Source of the DNA: Pseudovirgaria hyperparasitica
Lineage: Eukaryota
Length of the DNA stretch: 64,000 bases
Assembly: GCA_010093815.1 (NCBI GenBank)
Contig: ML996585.1
Reading direction: 5' to 3' (one strand)
This document shows positions 14,096-27,499 of the stretch, piece after piece. How positions within the stretch are numbered: the stretch's first letter is position 1; each line of letters opens with the position of its first letter. Both the position numbers and the translations under genes were made by a program. Below the pieces are notes generated by a model. The model made no database searches and had not been told where the DNA came from. It was given only the letters and a program-made list of their open reading frames with translations.

Positions 14096-16519
14096 TCGAG
14101 TATTCTCTAGCACCTAATAAGGAGTTAAGATATACTTATTATTATATAGGCGAATATATAATATAAATAAGAAAACTAGGCTACGCTTCTAGAAGAGATA
14201 GATACCGCGATAATAGCTATTTAGGAACCTTATAAATACTATTAAACTAATAAACTAATAATATACCTAGAATACTATACTATCTACCCCCTAGGCCTAG
14301 ATAGGAGAGTTCTCTTCTATATATATAAATCTATTCTACTCTTAGAATAGTTCTATATAGAATAAGACGACCTTTAGATAATACTATACCTCTAGATAGA
14401 TATAGGGCCTCTCTATATCTATAATATCTATAACTAGAGAGAATTACTTACGCCGAACGCTATATTAGAGAGTATTATAAAACTAGGATAATATATTCTT
14501 CTAGGCGACTTTAACCTCTACTATAGATAGTAGGGAGGCCTAATAGTTATTAGGGAAGAGCTTAGGGTAAGGAAGCTATATATAAGGTACTATAACCTTC
14601 TATATCTCCTTATACTAGTTAGATAAATTATATAGAGGAAATATAAGGAAGATAAGGAGGGATCTATACTTAACCTTACCTTCGCTATAGAATATATAAG
14701 CTATAGAGTATAATACTACCGCCCTAGTAAGATATAAACGGACTCTAATTACGAATATATAGAGACTATAATAGATATATCTACGCCTAATAAATAATAG
14801 GGGAGATAGCTATAGAAAGATACTAACTAGGAGAAGTATAGGAAGGACCTAGAATCGGCGATTCTAGACCTCTCTATAGTCGACGTCTCTAATAGCCCGG
14901 CTATAGATAGAGCTATATAAGTCCTTCTTTAAGTCTTCTAAAACTTAAGGAATAAATATATACTATACTAAACGTATAAGCCTCTAGACGTAAGGGATAT
15001 ACCTTAAATATATGAAAGTAGAAGGGTAGCCCGGAGACTATATATACGTGTATACTATATCTAGATAACTAAGGTATAGAAGGAATAGAAAGAGATAATC
15101 TAATCTTAAGATAAGACCCTCTATAATAAATAATATAAACACTAGTATATAATTACTAATAAATATATATAATAGACTATAGAGCTATAGTATATAGTAA
15201 AGTAGGCTAAGAGCGCGGACGTATAGACGCTACTACTACTAATGCCTCCCCTAATATACTAGGGGAGAATATATACTATAAGCCCCGAAAAGATAGAGAT
15301 CCTCTAAGAAGTTATATTTCCCCCCCTAGAGCTAGTAGATCTATTAGATATTAATAATAATATATATCTAGACGCGGTTAATATCCCCGTAGAGATTATA
15401 GAAGAGAAGATCCTTAATACTATTAGAGTACTCCCGAATAATAAAGCGCCTAGACCGGATAGAATACTAAATAGATACCTTAAATATACTATATAGGTAA
15501 CCCTACTACTTATTAGCCTTATCTTCTAGATATACGCTAAGAATAGATACTACCTCTAAAGCTTCCGGGCCGTCTATACTATTATATTTCTAAAACTAGA
15601 GAAGAACTCTAACTCCCTAAAAGGATAGAGACTAATTACCCTTGTCTTCTATCTTAGTAAGATACTTAAGACTATAATCGCGAAGAAGATAAGTACTATA
15701 GTATAAGAATATAACCTCCTTCTAGTAAATTAGAAGGCGAAAACTAGGAGCTCTCTAATTACTACTATCTAATATATTCTTCAAGTTATCTAGACTATAT
15801 AGAAATAGAGACGCGTAGTAATATTACTCTCCCTTAATATAGCCGGCGTATTTAATAAAGTAAACCATATAAGACTTATCTATAACCTATAGAAGAGACG
15901 TATACCCGAATAGATTACGAGGTTTATATAGTCCTTTCTTACTAAAAGAATTACCTAGATATATATCTCTAGATATTAAAGTAAATATAAGAAGATAATA
16001 TATAGTATTCTATAAGGAAGTACTATCTCTCTAATTCTCTTTCTCTTCTTTACTATAGACCTTCTATAGAGAATATAATATATAGAGATAGTAGAATACG
16101 CTAATAATATATACCTCCTAGCTATTAATAATAATACTAGTTTAATATATAAACGCCTTAAATAAGACTATAAGAGATATATCTAGTAGATAAAGCGCTA
16201 TAGAGTAAAGTTTGCCCCCGAGAAATACTAACTTATATACTATTAGAACGGGAACCATAACGGACCTATATAGACCATTCTAATCTATGTAGCCACGTAG
16301 TAGCCAGAGCTGGGTTAAGTTAGCTAAGTTAAGCGAGGTTACTATATAAGTAGACCGTATAAACCGATTCCTACTCGTTAGGAATCAACCTTATATAAGA
16401 GTAAGATTACTCTATAAATACATTCCTATGTCTCTCTATGAACTATTAGACTACTATCCCACGTCTTTACTCTTTATATTTTAATTCCTCTCTATATAGT
16501 ATGACGGTAGCTTATAGAG

Positions 16520-19500
16520 ATAGCTCCTACTACGCGCTATAATACCCGTGGCACTACCTTACACGAGAGACTCTCTCCAAATCTAAATAAAGAGAATAGT
16601 CTCCCTACAACCACCTCTACTAATAAGTATACCCTATAGACTATCGTACTAATAACTAGTACGGTATTCCGTATAACCATGGAAGATTACCTAGATAATA
16701 AGGAAGGAGTCTATTATACTCCATCGCGGTCTAGTTCATACTATACTAGACCTATTCTTACTATAAGACTAGACTCTATTAACGTTAATAAATTAATTCG
16801 TTAGAACTAACTAACGTTAACCACGCCTTATAATAACGTGTATACTAAGCTATACACGGAGAGGTAGCGTTAGACTTAGCTCGAGTAGTAACTTCGTAAA
16901 CTCGACGAAGCGCGAGGACGAACCGCTAGACTTAAAGCCGTACTACGCGCTTTAGTACTAGTAGTAACTAATCTATACTAATATGGACTAACTTAAGCCG
17001 AAACAGTCTAACTAAGTCTATTACTATCCTAGTTACCTTAGCCTAAGAAACCACCTTACTTCGACGGTAAAACCAGGAGGAGCTTTCACGAATAGACTTA
17101 CTAGTATAGCCGATTCTTCCACCTATTCACGAACGATAGTAATAAGATTAGGTTCGCATAGAACTACCTAGACCTAACGCCATCTAAACGTTAGATAGTA
17201 TATCGAATTAAACACCCTAAGGATGCGTATAACTAGGACACGTTCACCAAATTTCTTCTTTAATACTTCGGCGATAGAGCCAAGCAACGCGAATAGGCTT
17301 AGAGCTATATCTTTAAGACTTAATAGCGAGAGAGATAATCCCCGTTATAACTCCTCGAATACCTCCGACCTCTTTAGAGAGAAGCTAAGAAAGATTATAT
17401 GGTTTAATAATACGACGACTTTAAAAGGTCCCTTAACCCGAGTATAAAGGAACGCATCGACCTTATAACGTCTATCTCTACTAACCTTTAGGCACTTACA
17501 AATCTCGTAGAACGATATTAGCGTATAATAAATAACTAACGTTATATAGACGCACGACTATCCCTATTAATCTAATCCGATATAAAATCGTCTAAAGAGG
17601 ACCGGTTTAGTAATAGATCACGCGGAATACCTCGTAGGCGCTACCACTCTACGAACTCGAGAAGACGAGGCCCGTACCATAGATCTTTCTACTAGTCGAT
17701 ATATCGAGACACGAGAAACGACTTATATAAATAACCTAAAGTCACCTACTATACCTATGGTAGAATAGGCCATATAGTACCTGAGTACCGCTTAGGGAAA
17801 CCACTAAATACTAATATAGATACTAAGTTAGTTATATACTATAAGTGCTAGTAGCTAGGACATATCGCGCCTAACTACCTAGCATAGAACATAAAAAACT
17901 AATAGCCTATGAGAAACCCTTATGACTTATAGGCGCGACTATAATAGAGGGGTAATCCGCTAAATAGTATATCGAACTATAGGCTAGACCTATCGAGGTC
18001 CCTCGTAGATAATATTAGACCGTAATACTTAATAGCGGTTTAGCTACTAACGTTATATTAACTTAATAAGTACGAGAACTTAACGTCGATATTTAAGCAC
18101 TAATAGGTACTACCTTCTATAGTATCGATAGTCCTATTAAATTGTAGGGTACCTATACTATTAAATATAGTATCTAGGACAGCGGGGGGAAGTGGAAACC
18201 CTACTACTTAACCTTTATCGTGGTAGACAGTCCCTTCGACATGATCCTTAGTATACTATAGCTTAAAAAATATAACCCGAAACTAGACTTCATCTAGAAA
18301 ACAGCTGGCTAGCGCATGTACCTACTATAATAGAACCTAGTATAGCTAGTCAATGACGAATAATTCTAGAAGGACTACGAAAAGGTAATCTCCGCTATCT
18401 ATATTCTCTTACTTACTTAAAATAGAGAGCTTAGTATTAAAGTGGACGAAAACCTACTATATTAGTATAAAATGTACTAATATATCGCGTTAGCGATTGA
18501 CTCGTCCGAATTACCTTAATACTAATCTACTAACCTTACTATTAACCTTAAAGACGGTTAATAACCCCTACACGGACCCATCTACCCTCTATTAGAACCC
18601 GAGCTATAGGTCCTCCGAGAATATATCGAAAAGAACCTTATATAAGAATAGATTAGGCCTAGTATATCTCTAGCCGGAGCTCTAATCCTCTTTATAAAGA
18701 AGAAGGATAGAAGTCTCTATCTATATATTAACTACCATAGCCTAAATAATATTATACGAAAGAATCGTTACCTACTACCTCTTATCTCTAAGTCTATTAA
18801 TAGACTAGGACGCGTGAAAATCTTTACTAAGCTCGATCTACGCGACACCTACTACCGCCTATATATTAAGAAGGGCGATAAGTGGAAAATGGTATTTAGG
18901 ACCCGTTATAGATACTTTGAGTATATAGTAGTCCCTTTTAGACTAACTAACGCGCTAGGAACCTTCTAAGCGTATATTAATAACGCGCTAGTAGGTCTAC
19001 TCGACACGACGTGCATCGTATACCTCGATAATATTCTTATCTTCTCTAATAATAAAGAAGAATACATCTAGCACGTACACGTAGTCCTAGATAGGCTAGA
19101 AAAATATAAGCTATATATTAAGCTATCTAAATGCGAGTTCTACTAGAACCACGTTAACTTCCTTAGCTTTATTATTACTAATTAAGGTATAACTATAGAA
19201 AGGGATAGGGTCGCTACTATCGTAGACTAGCCTAAACTAAAATCGGTTTAAGATATACGTGTCTTCATCGGATTCGCCAATTACTACTAAAAATTTATTA
19301 AGTATTTCTCCCGGCTAGTAGCACCGCTTAACGCGCGTACTACTACTATAGATTCGTCTATTACGGTCCGCGGTAGATAGAAACAGCGTAATATTAAATC
19401 GTAGCCTATAGAATTATTAGAAGACGAAAGGGCCTCCTTTAAGAAAATTAAAGAGGCATTTATAACTACTCTATTACTAGTGTACTTCGACCTAACTAAA

Positions 19501-21759
19501 CCTATCCGCGTTAAAACCGACGCGTTAGAATTTATAATCTTAGATATTCTCTTCTAGCCTAGACTAACTAAGTCTAAAAAGGTCTAATAGTATCTAGTTA
19601 CGTTCTTCTTACGTAAAATGGTTAATATTAAGACTAGATATACTATCTATAACTAAGAGCTACTAGTAATAGTAGAGTCGTTTAAATAGTAGCGATATTA
19701 TCTTAAAGATACTATATATAACGTCGAGTTACTAACTAATTACTATAACTTAAAGGGGTTTATAAGCACGACGGTTTTAAACCGTCGATAGGTCTAATAG
19801 GCTAAGTAGCTTACGAACTTTTACTTTATAATCTACTATCGACCTAGAAGTATAAACCTAGCTAATAGAATATTAAGAAGACCTAACTATAAAGAAGGCG
19901 CCTAGGATTATAGTAGCTATAGGGTCCTAGAGTAGCTATAGGCCTAACTCTTAAGGATAAGGTTAGATTTTAAGTTATTAGGTGATTAGCGAGATACTAA
20001 CGTCGATGCTAGTAATTAAATCTCTAAGACCGAAGCCGGTAACTAAAGACATGGTACTAAAGTCCCTAGTAGGCCGTTTATTAGCGCTATCGGGAAGGGC
20101 GATAATACCTAGCGTAAATATCTAATCAACCTCGCCTAGTTAATCGTGGATCTATAGAAGACAGACCCGATAGTTTTAAAGTTATATAAAATATAGTAAG
20201 ATAGGTTATTACGGACTAAAGTAGACTATAAGTAGACCGCTATAGACGGCTTACTTTACTATAATAGAAAGTACTATATACTAACGGGTAACGCGCAATT
20301 TAACGTAGTTAGCTAATACTATAACGCTAACCTAGTAGGATACTTTAGGTATATACGTACCCTAAGCTTAATTCGTTAGTACTATTTTTAGGAAGATATA
20401 CCTAAGTACGTCGAAGAATAGATAGCTACTTATCTAATTTATTAAAGAACGAAGGCCCCTAGGTATAAGCCATATAGGAATTTATAGCCTCTTTTAGCCT
20501 CCCTCTTTATGTAGAAAGACGTTACTATAGACTTTATAGTTAACTTATCTCTAAGTGAGATGCTTAGAATAAGTTATAATTCTATTCTTATTATCGTAGA
20601 TAGACTTATAAAGATATCTAGGTATATCCTAGTATAGAAGACGATTACATCTAAAGAACTAGCGTAGGTGTTCTAGAACGAGATTATTAAGGTCCATAGT
20701 ATACTAAAAAGGATTATTATAGACTAAGGAAGTACCTTCACGTCCAAATTCTAGATGTTATTCTACGAAATAGTAAGTATAAATAGGAACATGTCTATAG
20801 TATTTTATCCTTAGACGGATAGCTAGATAGAGCGATAGAACTAGACGCTCGAGGCCTACCTACGCGTATTCTATAATTTTAAGTAGGATGACTAGGCCTC
20901 CCTACTAAGTATAGTAGAGTTCATATATAATAATAGTTATTATAGTATAATAGGTATTATACCTTTCTAGGCGAACCTCGGACGTAGTCTAAGAATAGGT
21001 TTTAAGCCTTAGACGGTCTAATTTAATCGAATAATAGATGTGAACGTCCACGCTTAGGAATTAGTAATTAAAATCTTCGAAACCGTACGTAACTATCACG
21101 CTATAATCTAATAAGTAAACGACTCGTATACGAAGTACTATAATAGGTTAGCTAAGGATTAGATGTATGAGGAGGGCGACGAGGTCCTTCTTAATATCTA
21201 TAATATATAAACATCGCGAGTAAATAAGAAGCTCGATTATAAAATGGCTAGTCCCTTCCGAATTAAACGTCGTATTAGTATAAGAGTCTACGAGCTTAAC
21301 TTAGGAAGTAATATAAGAATCCATAACGTGTTCCACGTCTTACTACTCGAAAGATTTCGACCTAATGTGTATGGCCGCACGAACGTATAGTTATACTCTA
21401 TTATACCCTAAGATAGACTAGACGTGTTCGAAGTGGACCATATTATCGAATATAGGATTAATAAAGACGGTGTTTAGAAATATAGAATCCGTTAGAAGAA
21501 CTATACTAAGGACGAGGACACCTAGGAACTAGCGGTATACATCTTAAGTTCTATAATAACTACGTATAAGTAAAAGATATAGAATAGCGTATTATTAATA
21601 TAAGTATAGCGACATCGCGGTCGTCGTAAAAAGAAGAAGAATACCATAGAGAACGAAGTACTAAACTAGGAAATCTAGACGCGCACTAGGAAAACTCTAT
21701 ATAGTAGCCCTATAATTTAAGCGTCGCACGGTTACTAGACGTGAAGAAAGCGTAAATAA
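16520..21759 (+). pseudogene. A2 gag-pol relic
   Basis: Colinear with A1 gag-pol. AAAAAAC at 17893-17899. YLDD at ~19021. Confidence 0.92.
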
Positions 21760-22251
21760 CCATTTTAGAAACGCGACGCGATATACCACAATAGAATAAC
21801 ATAGAAGAGTCTAGAATGGACTAATATAGACCATTATACACGAGAAAAACATGGGACTAAGAACCTAAAAAAAGGTACTCTACCATAGAATTAAACTCTT
21901 AATATGAAATATAAGGTTAGAGTACCCGAACTAATAACTACTAGGCTACTGGTTTAGATGCTCTAATAGAATTTATAGAGATAAACCAATTTATATACGG
22001 TGCCTACACTTAGGTAACTTAAGGAAAATTAGAATATAGAAACCGATAGTCACAAGCTAAGCGAGCGCACACACAATATCGTTAAGTTAAGAATTAAATT
22101 ACTAGAAACTGGCCGACGGGTATCTAAACGGTCTAAAAAGGACTAAAACGGATAAAAGCTAGGTAAACAGAGCCGGCGCGCACCATCTATAGTAGATCTA
22201 GAATATATAGAGCCAGGTATAGAGCTAATATATAGAGCTAGAACCATAGAG

Positions 22252-23564
22252 CTACTCCTCTATCTTATTATCCATCCTAACCTCTAGTATAGTCCTCTCT
22301 AACTATATAATATAGTGGTAGAGAACGACGACCTTAGCCTCTAGAGTAATAATCTAATCCGTTAGAGCCTAGAGGGAAGAGCCTTAAGCGCCGGAGCGTA
22401 GCGACTAGATCTAAAGTTAGCTAATATAATCTAGAATAATCTAGAAGGGAATATATACCCTCTTATGAGGCGACTTAGAGGGAGAAATAGTAGACCTCTT
22501 ATAAGATCTATTAGTAGCGCGAGATGGATAGAGAGGGATAGAGCGAATTCTCTCTATGGCCTCTATAGCTAGGATAGACTCTCTAGAATAGGTAGCCTAG
22601 GCGCTAGAGATCTTGCGGCGGCTAGAAAAATCAACGGGTGTTAAAAATAATTAATATACTTATAACTTATACTTTAATAACCTCTAGGAAGAGCTTATAG
22701 CGCTCCCTAAACTCCCTCTATATAGTAGGTAGGCGGCTATAAGGACCCCTAAGGGTCTCGCGGACGCAAAGGTCGTTATATATATCTTATATATATATAG
22801 AAACCTAAGAATATATTAGCGTGGACTACTTTAGATTATACTAGATTAAGATAGCCTATTATACTTATCTATAGATAAGTCTTACTAGTTATGGTATAGC
22901 GGCGGTAGCGGGTAGATAGAGTAAAGATAGGGCGTATAGGCCCGTCGCGGTTAGTAGAGTAGTAGCTAATACTAGAGTTAGAGTAAAAGAGATATTTAGA
23001 GCCGGCCGTATGGCCCTTAATGTACTTATAGTATATTAAACCGTAGTTCGCCGTTTTCCTATGGCGTAAACCGCGACTACGTTTAGTATCCTTAGCGACC
23101 TAGGCCTTATTATTAGTAGGCTAGGGTTTAGAGCGAATATTAAGGTCCTAAAAGGACCTAGAGCGACTAAATTAGTCTATATTAGACCGGAAGGAAGAGC
23201 GGTGAGGCGGCGGCGTAGATAAGCGCGAGGGCTCGCGATTATCGTCTATAACGAGATCTTCTTTATCCTCTAGAGAAGGTAGAGTAGACGGCGTACGCTT
23301 TAGAGTAAGAGGAGAACCTACGACCACTTTATCTATAAGTTTAGTACTAGAATTACCTAGATTAGAGCGACTAGTAGCTATATTAGTAGTAGAGGTAGTA
23401 GTAGTAGTAGCCCTAGCTACTCTCTTCTCCGACTTAGAGCGCGCCTTTATACTACTATGATAGGTAGGCTTCTTAGCCGGCGTAGCCGGGGAGGAGGCGA
23501 TGCCTTTAGAGCGAGTCTTACGAGAGAAGGAGGTAGGCTTAGAGATAGGACTAGTATTAGACAT
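22252..23564 (-). pseudogene. Antisense spliced accessory gene of A2
   Basis: The supplied ORF 23172..23564 (MSNTSPISKP...) is its N-terminus. Exons 23564-22869, 22804-22671, 22621-22459, 22404-22252. Confidence 0.82.
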
Positions 23565-25742
23565 CTATATATACACGTTAGCTAGAGATCTAAGGAAGGA
23601 ATATTCGTCTACCCTTAACGGCAATTAATAAAGCTAAATTAGTAACCGTAATAACGCGAATAGGTTACATAGGACCGGTTCTAATAAGAATAGCCTACTA
23701 TAGACCCTTCTAAACCTAAACTAGGGAAGATAGTATATGAATTAACGACTTACCTTAAGAGCGAGGTAGATATACTAGAGAATAAAATCAAAGGCGAGCG
23801 AAGCTAAATATATACTTAACCAAAGTGGCGATTACGTGTCCTAGGTAGTAGCTATAAAGTAAGGGATGAGCGCGTGTATAAACTAATAAAAGTAAACTAG
23901 AATCTCGAGTTTACCTATATTAAGGATAGTTATAACGTTATAGGAACTTAGTTACGGATATATAGGTATACGATAGATTATAGAGACTTAGAATTATATA
24001 TACTTAAGTGCTTTAGGGCGAAGCATAGAAAGAAGAAGGATATTATTAGGACGGGAACTATAACGGACCTATATAGACTATTCTAATCCATGTAGCCACG
24101 TAGTGGCTAGAGCTAGGTTAAGTTAGCTAAGTTAAGCGAGGTTACTATATAAGTGGACCGTATAAACCGATTCCTACTCGTTAGGAATCAACCTCGTATA
24201 AGAGTAAGATTACTCTATAAATACATTCCTATGTCTCTCTATGAACTGTTAGACTGCTATCCCACGTCTTTACTCTTTACATATACTTTATTAACCGCTA
24301 TAGAAAATAGACTACTAAGAAAGAAGAGCGATATTCTAGAATAGATACTTTTACTAAACTACTAATATAGAGTATATATATACTTAGCGTTATAATTAAT
24401 AATAAACTTAAATAGAGCCTATAGATTATATACGTAGTATCTAGGGTCCTTAAGATAGAAGCCGCTATATACTAGATTACAGCCTCTATGTAGAGAACCG
24501 CCTAGAATAAGGTACGCTAACTATATATCTCTATAGTATAACCTGCCTTTACGTATAGACACGAGTACTAGTATATAGCCCTTATATAGGCTAGGCGAAT
24601 AAAGCTCGAGTCTATATAGAACCGTATACTCCGCCTTATTTCTAGTATATATAAGGCTACTAATACGGTACTACTATAGTATAAGATAAATATAATAAGT
24701 ATATACGACTTCTACTAGATATAGAGAGTAATATACTTTACTAAATAATAAGTATAGAAATCCATAGAATATACTAAATATACCTTTACCGCGCTACGTG
24801 TATAAGTTAGTACCTACTATTAAGCGCTACTATATATAGACTAGAATTAACTATAGTATAAGAGCCTAATAGAGATAGACTTAAACTAAATTATATAAGA
24901 GATTAGAGATAACCTAGACGCCTCCCTAGACTAGTAGAACCCTTAGAAGCTTATATAGGCTATATAGTTATAGACCTAGAATAAATAGAAGGAAGTCCTC
25001 TAGACCTATTAGGTATTCTAATAGAATAGATATCTAGAATAGATTTAGAGACTATAGAAGAAGCTAAGTAGATAGATATATAAGGGGCTTACGAAAGCCT
25101 AAGTATCTATCCTTCTCTAAGCTTAAATAGAAGCTATAGAACTTCTATATTATTTATACTAGAGAGGCGTTCTAGACGCGTCTCTATAGTATAAAGTATA
25201 TAGCCGGAGAGATATAATATAGTACTATCTTATAATATACCCGGACCTCTATACGTAGAGATAATCGCTTATCTATATAATAAGGACCTCTAATATTATA
25301 TAGTAGCTTAATAAGTACCCTAAGAAGATCGCCTAGTAGATACTTATATATCTCCCTCTCCCCTAATACTAATAGATCTAGATATATATACTAGAAGTAA
25401 CTAGGTATATACTAGATAGACCCCGGTATACGCCGGAAGAACCCTAGAAGAACCCCGATTATTAGTTAAGGGTAACCCTTAACTAATAACCCCTATACTC
25501 TATATATACTACCTAAGGGTAAAATAACGGTACTATAGGTTATAGGCCTATAGATATTCCTAATAGCTATATACTTAAGATAATACGAAGGTTTTATAAG
25601 ATATAATTATAGAGAAAAGAGAGTTTTTCCTTATATAAAGGTTTCTTCTTATATAATAGCTTAGACTAGAGGAGGTATATGTCTATAAAGTAAACTACTC
25701 TACCTAGTTATATAATATTATTATTATTATAGTACTAGACTA

Positions 25743-27150
25743 GAATAATAATATTACCTAACTAATTCCTTTTTAATTTACTAATAGTATAATTTATTAT
25801 ATTAATTAACTTAATAGATAATATTAGATCTATATACTAAAATTACTTAATAGAGATATTTTTACTTACTTCTATAATAAAAGTACTTATATAGGTTTTT
25901 TCTAAGTATATAATTAAATTCGTACATACTACTTTATTTATTAGCTTATAAAGCGTCTAAAGTACTATATTTAGTACTATTCTACCTATAAAACTTACTA
26001 AATATAAAGATATATACTATATAGCGAATTAAAGCCAGTCTAATTACTACTAATACTATTTTATATAGTTATAATAGACTTTATTATTAGACTACTAATA
26101 TAGAATAGACTTAATATACTACTTACTATAATAAATAAGTTTACTAAGTAAATCTATCTTATTCTAGACTAGAATAACTAGACTACTATATAATAGATAA
26201 CTATATTTAGAAGAAGTATACTACTAGAATAGAGAGTTCTAGCTATAATTATTTATAATAGGGACCGAAAATTCCTATTATTATTTTAGAAAGGAATTTT
26301 CGAGGGTACTAGTACTAAAATTCTAGTATTAACTACTTATTATAAATAGAGTAATAGTTAAAGTAAATATACGAACTAGACGGTAGAGATTACCCTATAT
26401 TTTCTTATTTTAATATTACTAGCTATAGGGTCGATAATCTATATTCTATTAGTCTAGTAGCTTATAAATAATTTAATAAACACCTTAATATAAAAATCTC
26501 GAAATAAGATAGTATACGGCTTCTAACTATCTAAAGGTACTCTATTTAAGGAAACTAGTTTAATAGAAGTAAATAATTACCTCTAAAAGTATAATATAAA
26601 CTAAAAAGAGATATTAGACACGCTAGTATTTACCTAGATATATATAAAGGAGCGTTTTAATAGGCGCTATATATCTCTACTAGACCTCGCTTCTAGTAAC
26701 TAGATCTATATTTAACTATATAAAGAGTATAAGATTCTAGACGCTTATTATAAGCTTAGCTAATAGTAAGTTGGACTAGTACTAATTAAATATATAGTAG
26801 ACTATTAGGCGTACGAACTAGAGCTACTAGAGATATAGAAAATATATCTAGTAATATCTATTAAATAGTTAGAACTATTTCTAAAGAAACTTAACTACTT
26901 TAACTATAGAGAAGATATATATCTACTTACTATTATAAATAAGTAGATAGCGATAGCTATCTATAATTAGCGCTATATTTAAATTAGATATAATTATAAA
27001 CTAACTATTAAATACTAGATAATAGTATATAGCGATAGTCTAGAATTTAATTAGTAGATCTAGTAAAGTATACTTCTATTAGACTTAGTTAAGAAATATA
27101 ACCTTAGATAAGCTTATAGAAATAGTCTACTAGGAGCCTAGCTAGGTTAA
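25743..27150 (+). pseudogene. pol: Family B integrase and probable chromodomain relic
   Basis: De-RIP 'VTMDFIVGL', 'DKFTK', 'DRDRKF', 'TAYHKQSDGQSERTNQTVE', 'HPVISVEQLEP'. Confidence 0.85.
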
Positions 27151-27499
27151 TAACTACTTAAAGTTATAATATCTATCCGCCTCTAGCCGTTATAGGTAGA
27201 GAGCTATTAATATCTATTATAATAAGTAACGTTATAATATATATATTTACTAAAGTATTTTATCAATATATAACAATTAAGTACTTTCTTATATTATTTA
27301 CTTAAAGGTTAGTACTAGATCTAGATCTATTAACTAAAAATAAGTACTATAGTTAAGCTAACTATATAGTCTACTATTTATAGTTACTAATCTATAAATA
27401 TTCTATAATATTAACTAATTACTATATATAACTAGTTTTATTCTTATAAGACCTAGTATATTAATTTAGGAGATTTATAATAGTTATACTTAATCTAAA

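Larger units (their letters stand above)
16241..24281 (+). mobile_element. Full-length Ty3/Gypsy chromovirus, copy A2 (8041 bp)
   Basis: LTRs at 16241-16478 and 24044-24281 (3' end TTACA intact). TSD TATAC at 16236-16240 and 24282-24286. Confidence 0.97.
14120..25260 (+). pseudogene. LINE ORF2 (endonuclease-RT) relic, split by A2 at 16240/24287
   Basis: 'AIQEP', 'LGDFNLHH', 'SDH', 'KAPGPDGI', 'LDIAGAFDKV', 'GIPQGS', 'GYADD' (~16094). 'FAPEKYQLMH|F' rejoins across A2. Confidence 0.9.
12371..25727 (+). mobile_element. Tad1-like LINE copy 1, near full length, interrupted by A2
   Basis: TSD TATAGTACTAGACTA at 12356-12370 and 25728-25742. (TAT)n tail. ORF1 has three CCHC knuckles; ORF2 has APE and RT motifs. 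Confidence 0.92.
1..27150 (+). mobile_element. Ty3/Gypsy element family B: old, heavily RIP-mutated host element split by nested insertions; LTRs not resolved
   Basis: Domain order PR-RT-RH-IN-chromodomain on + strand in three pieces (1-1844, 10237-12370, 25743-27150). The reading frame rejoins across the LINE TSD. Confidence 0.8.

Noticed and set aside
17223..17447. Supplied 74-aa ORF
   Set aside because: Alternative-frame fragment inside RIP-mutated A2 gag.
24153..24344. Supplied 63-aa ORF
   Set aside because: Starts at a GTG in the A2 3' LTR and runs across the insertion junction.
27205..27300. Possible 3' LTR of element B after the purine-rich AGGTAGAGAG
   Set aside because: There is no partner LTR in the window to confirm it.
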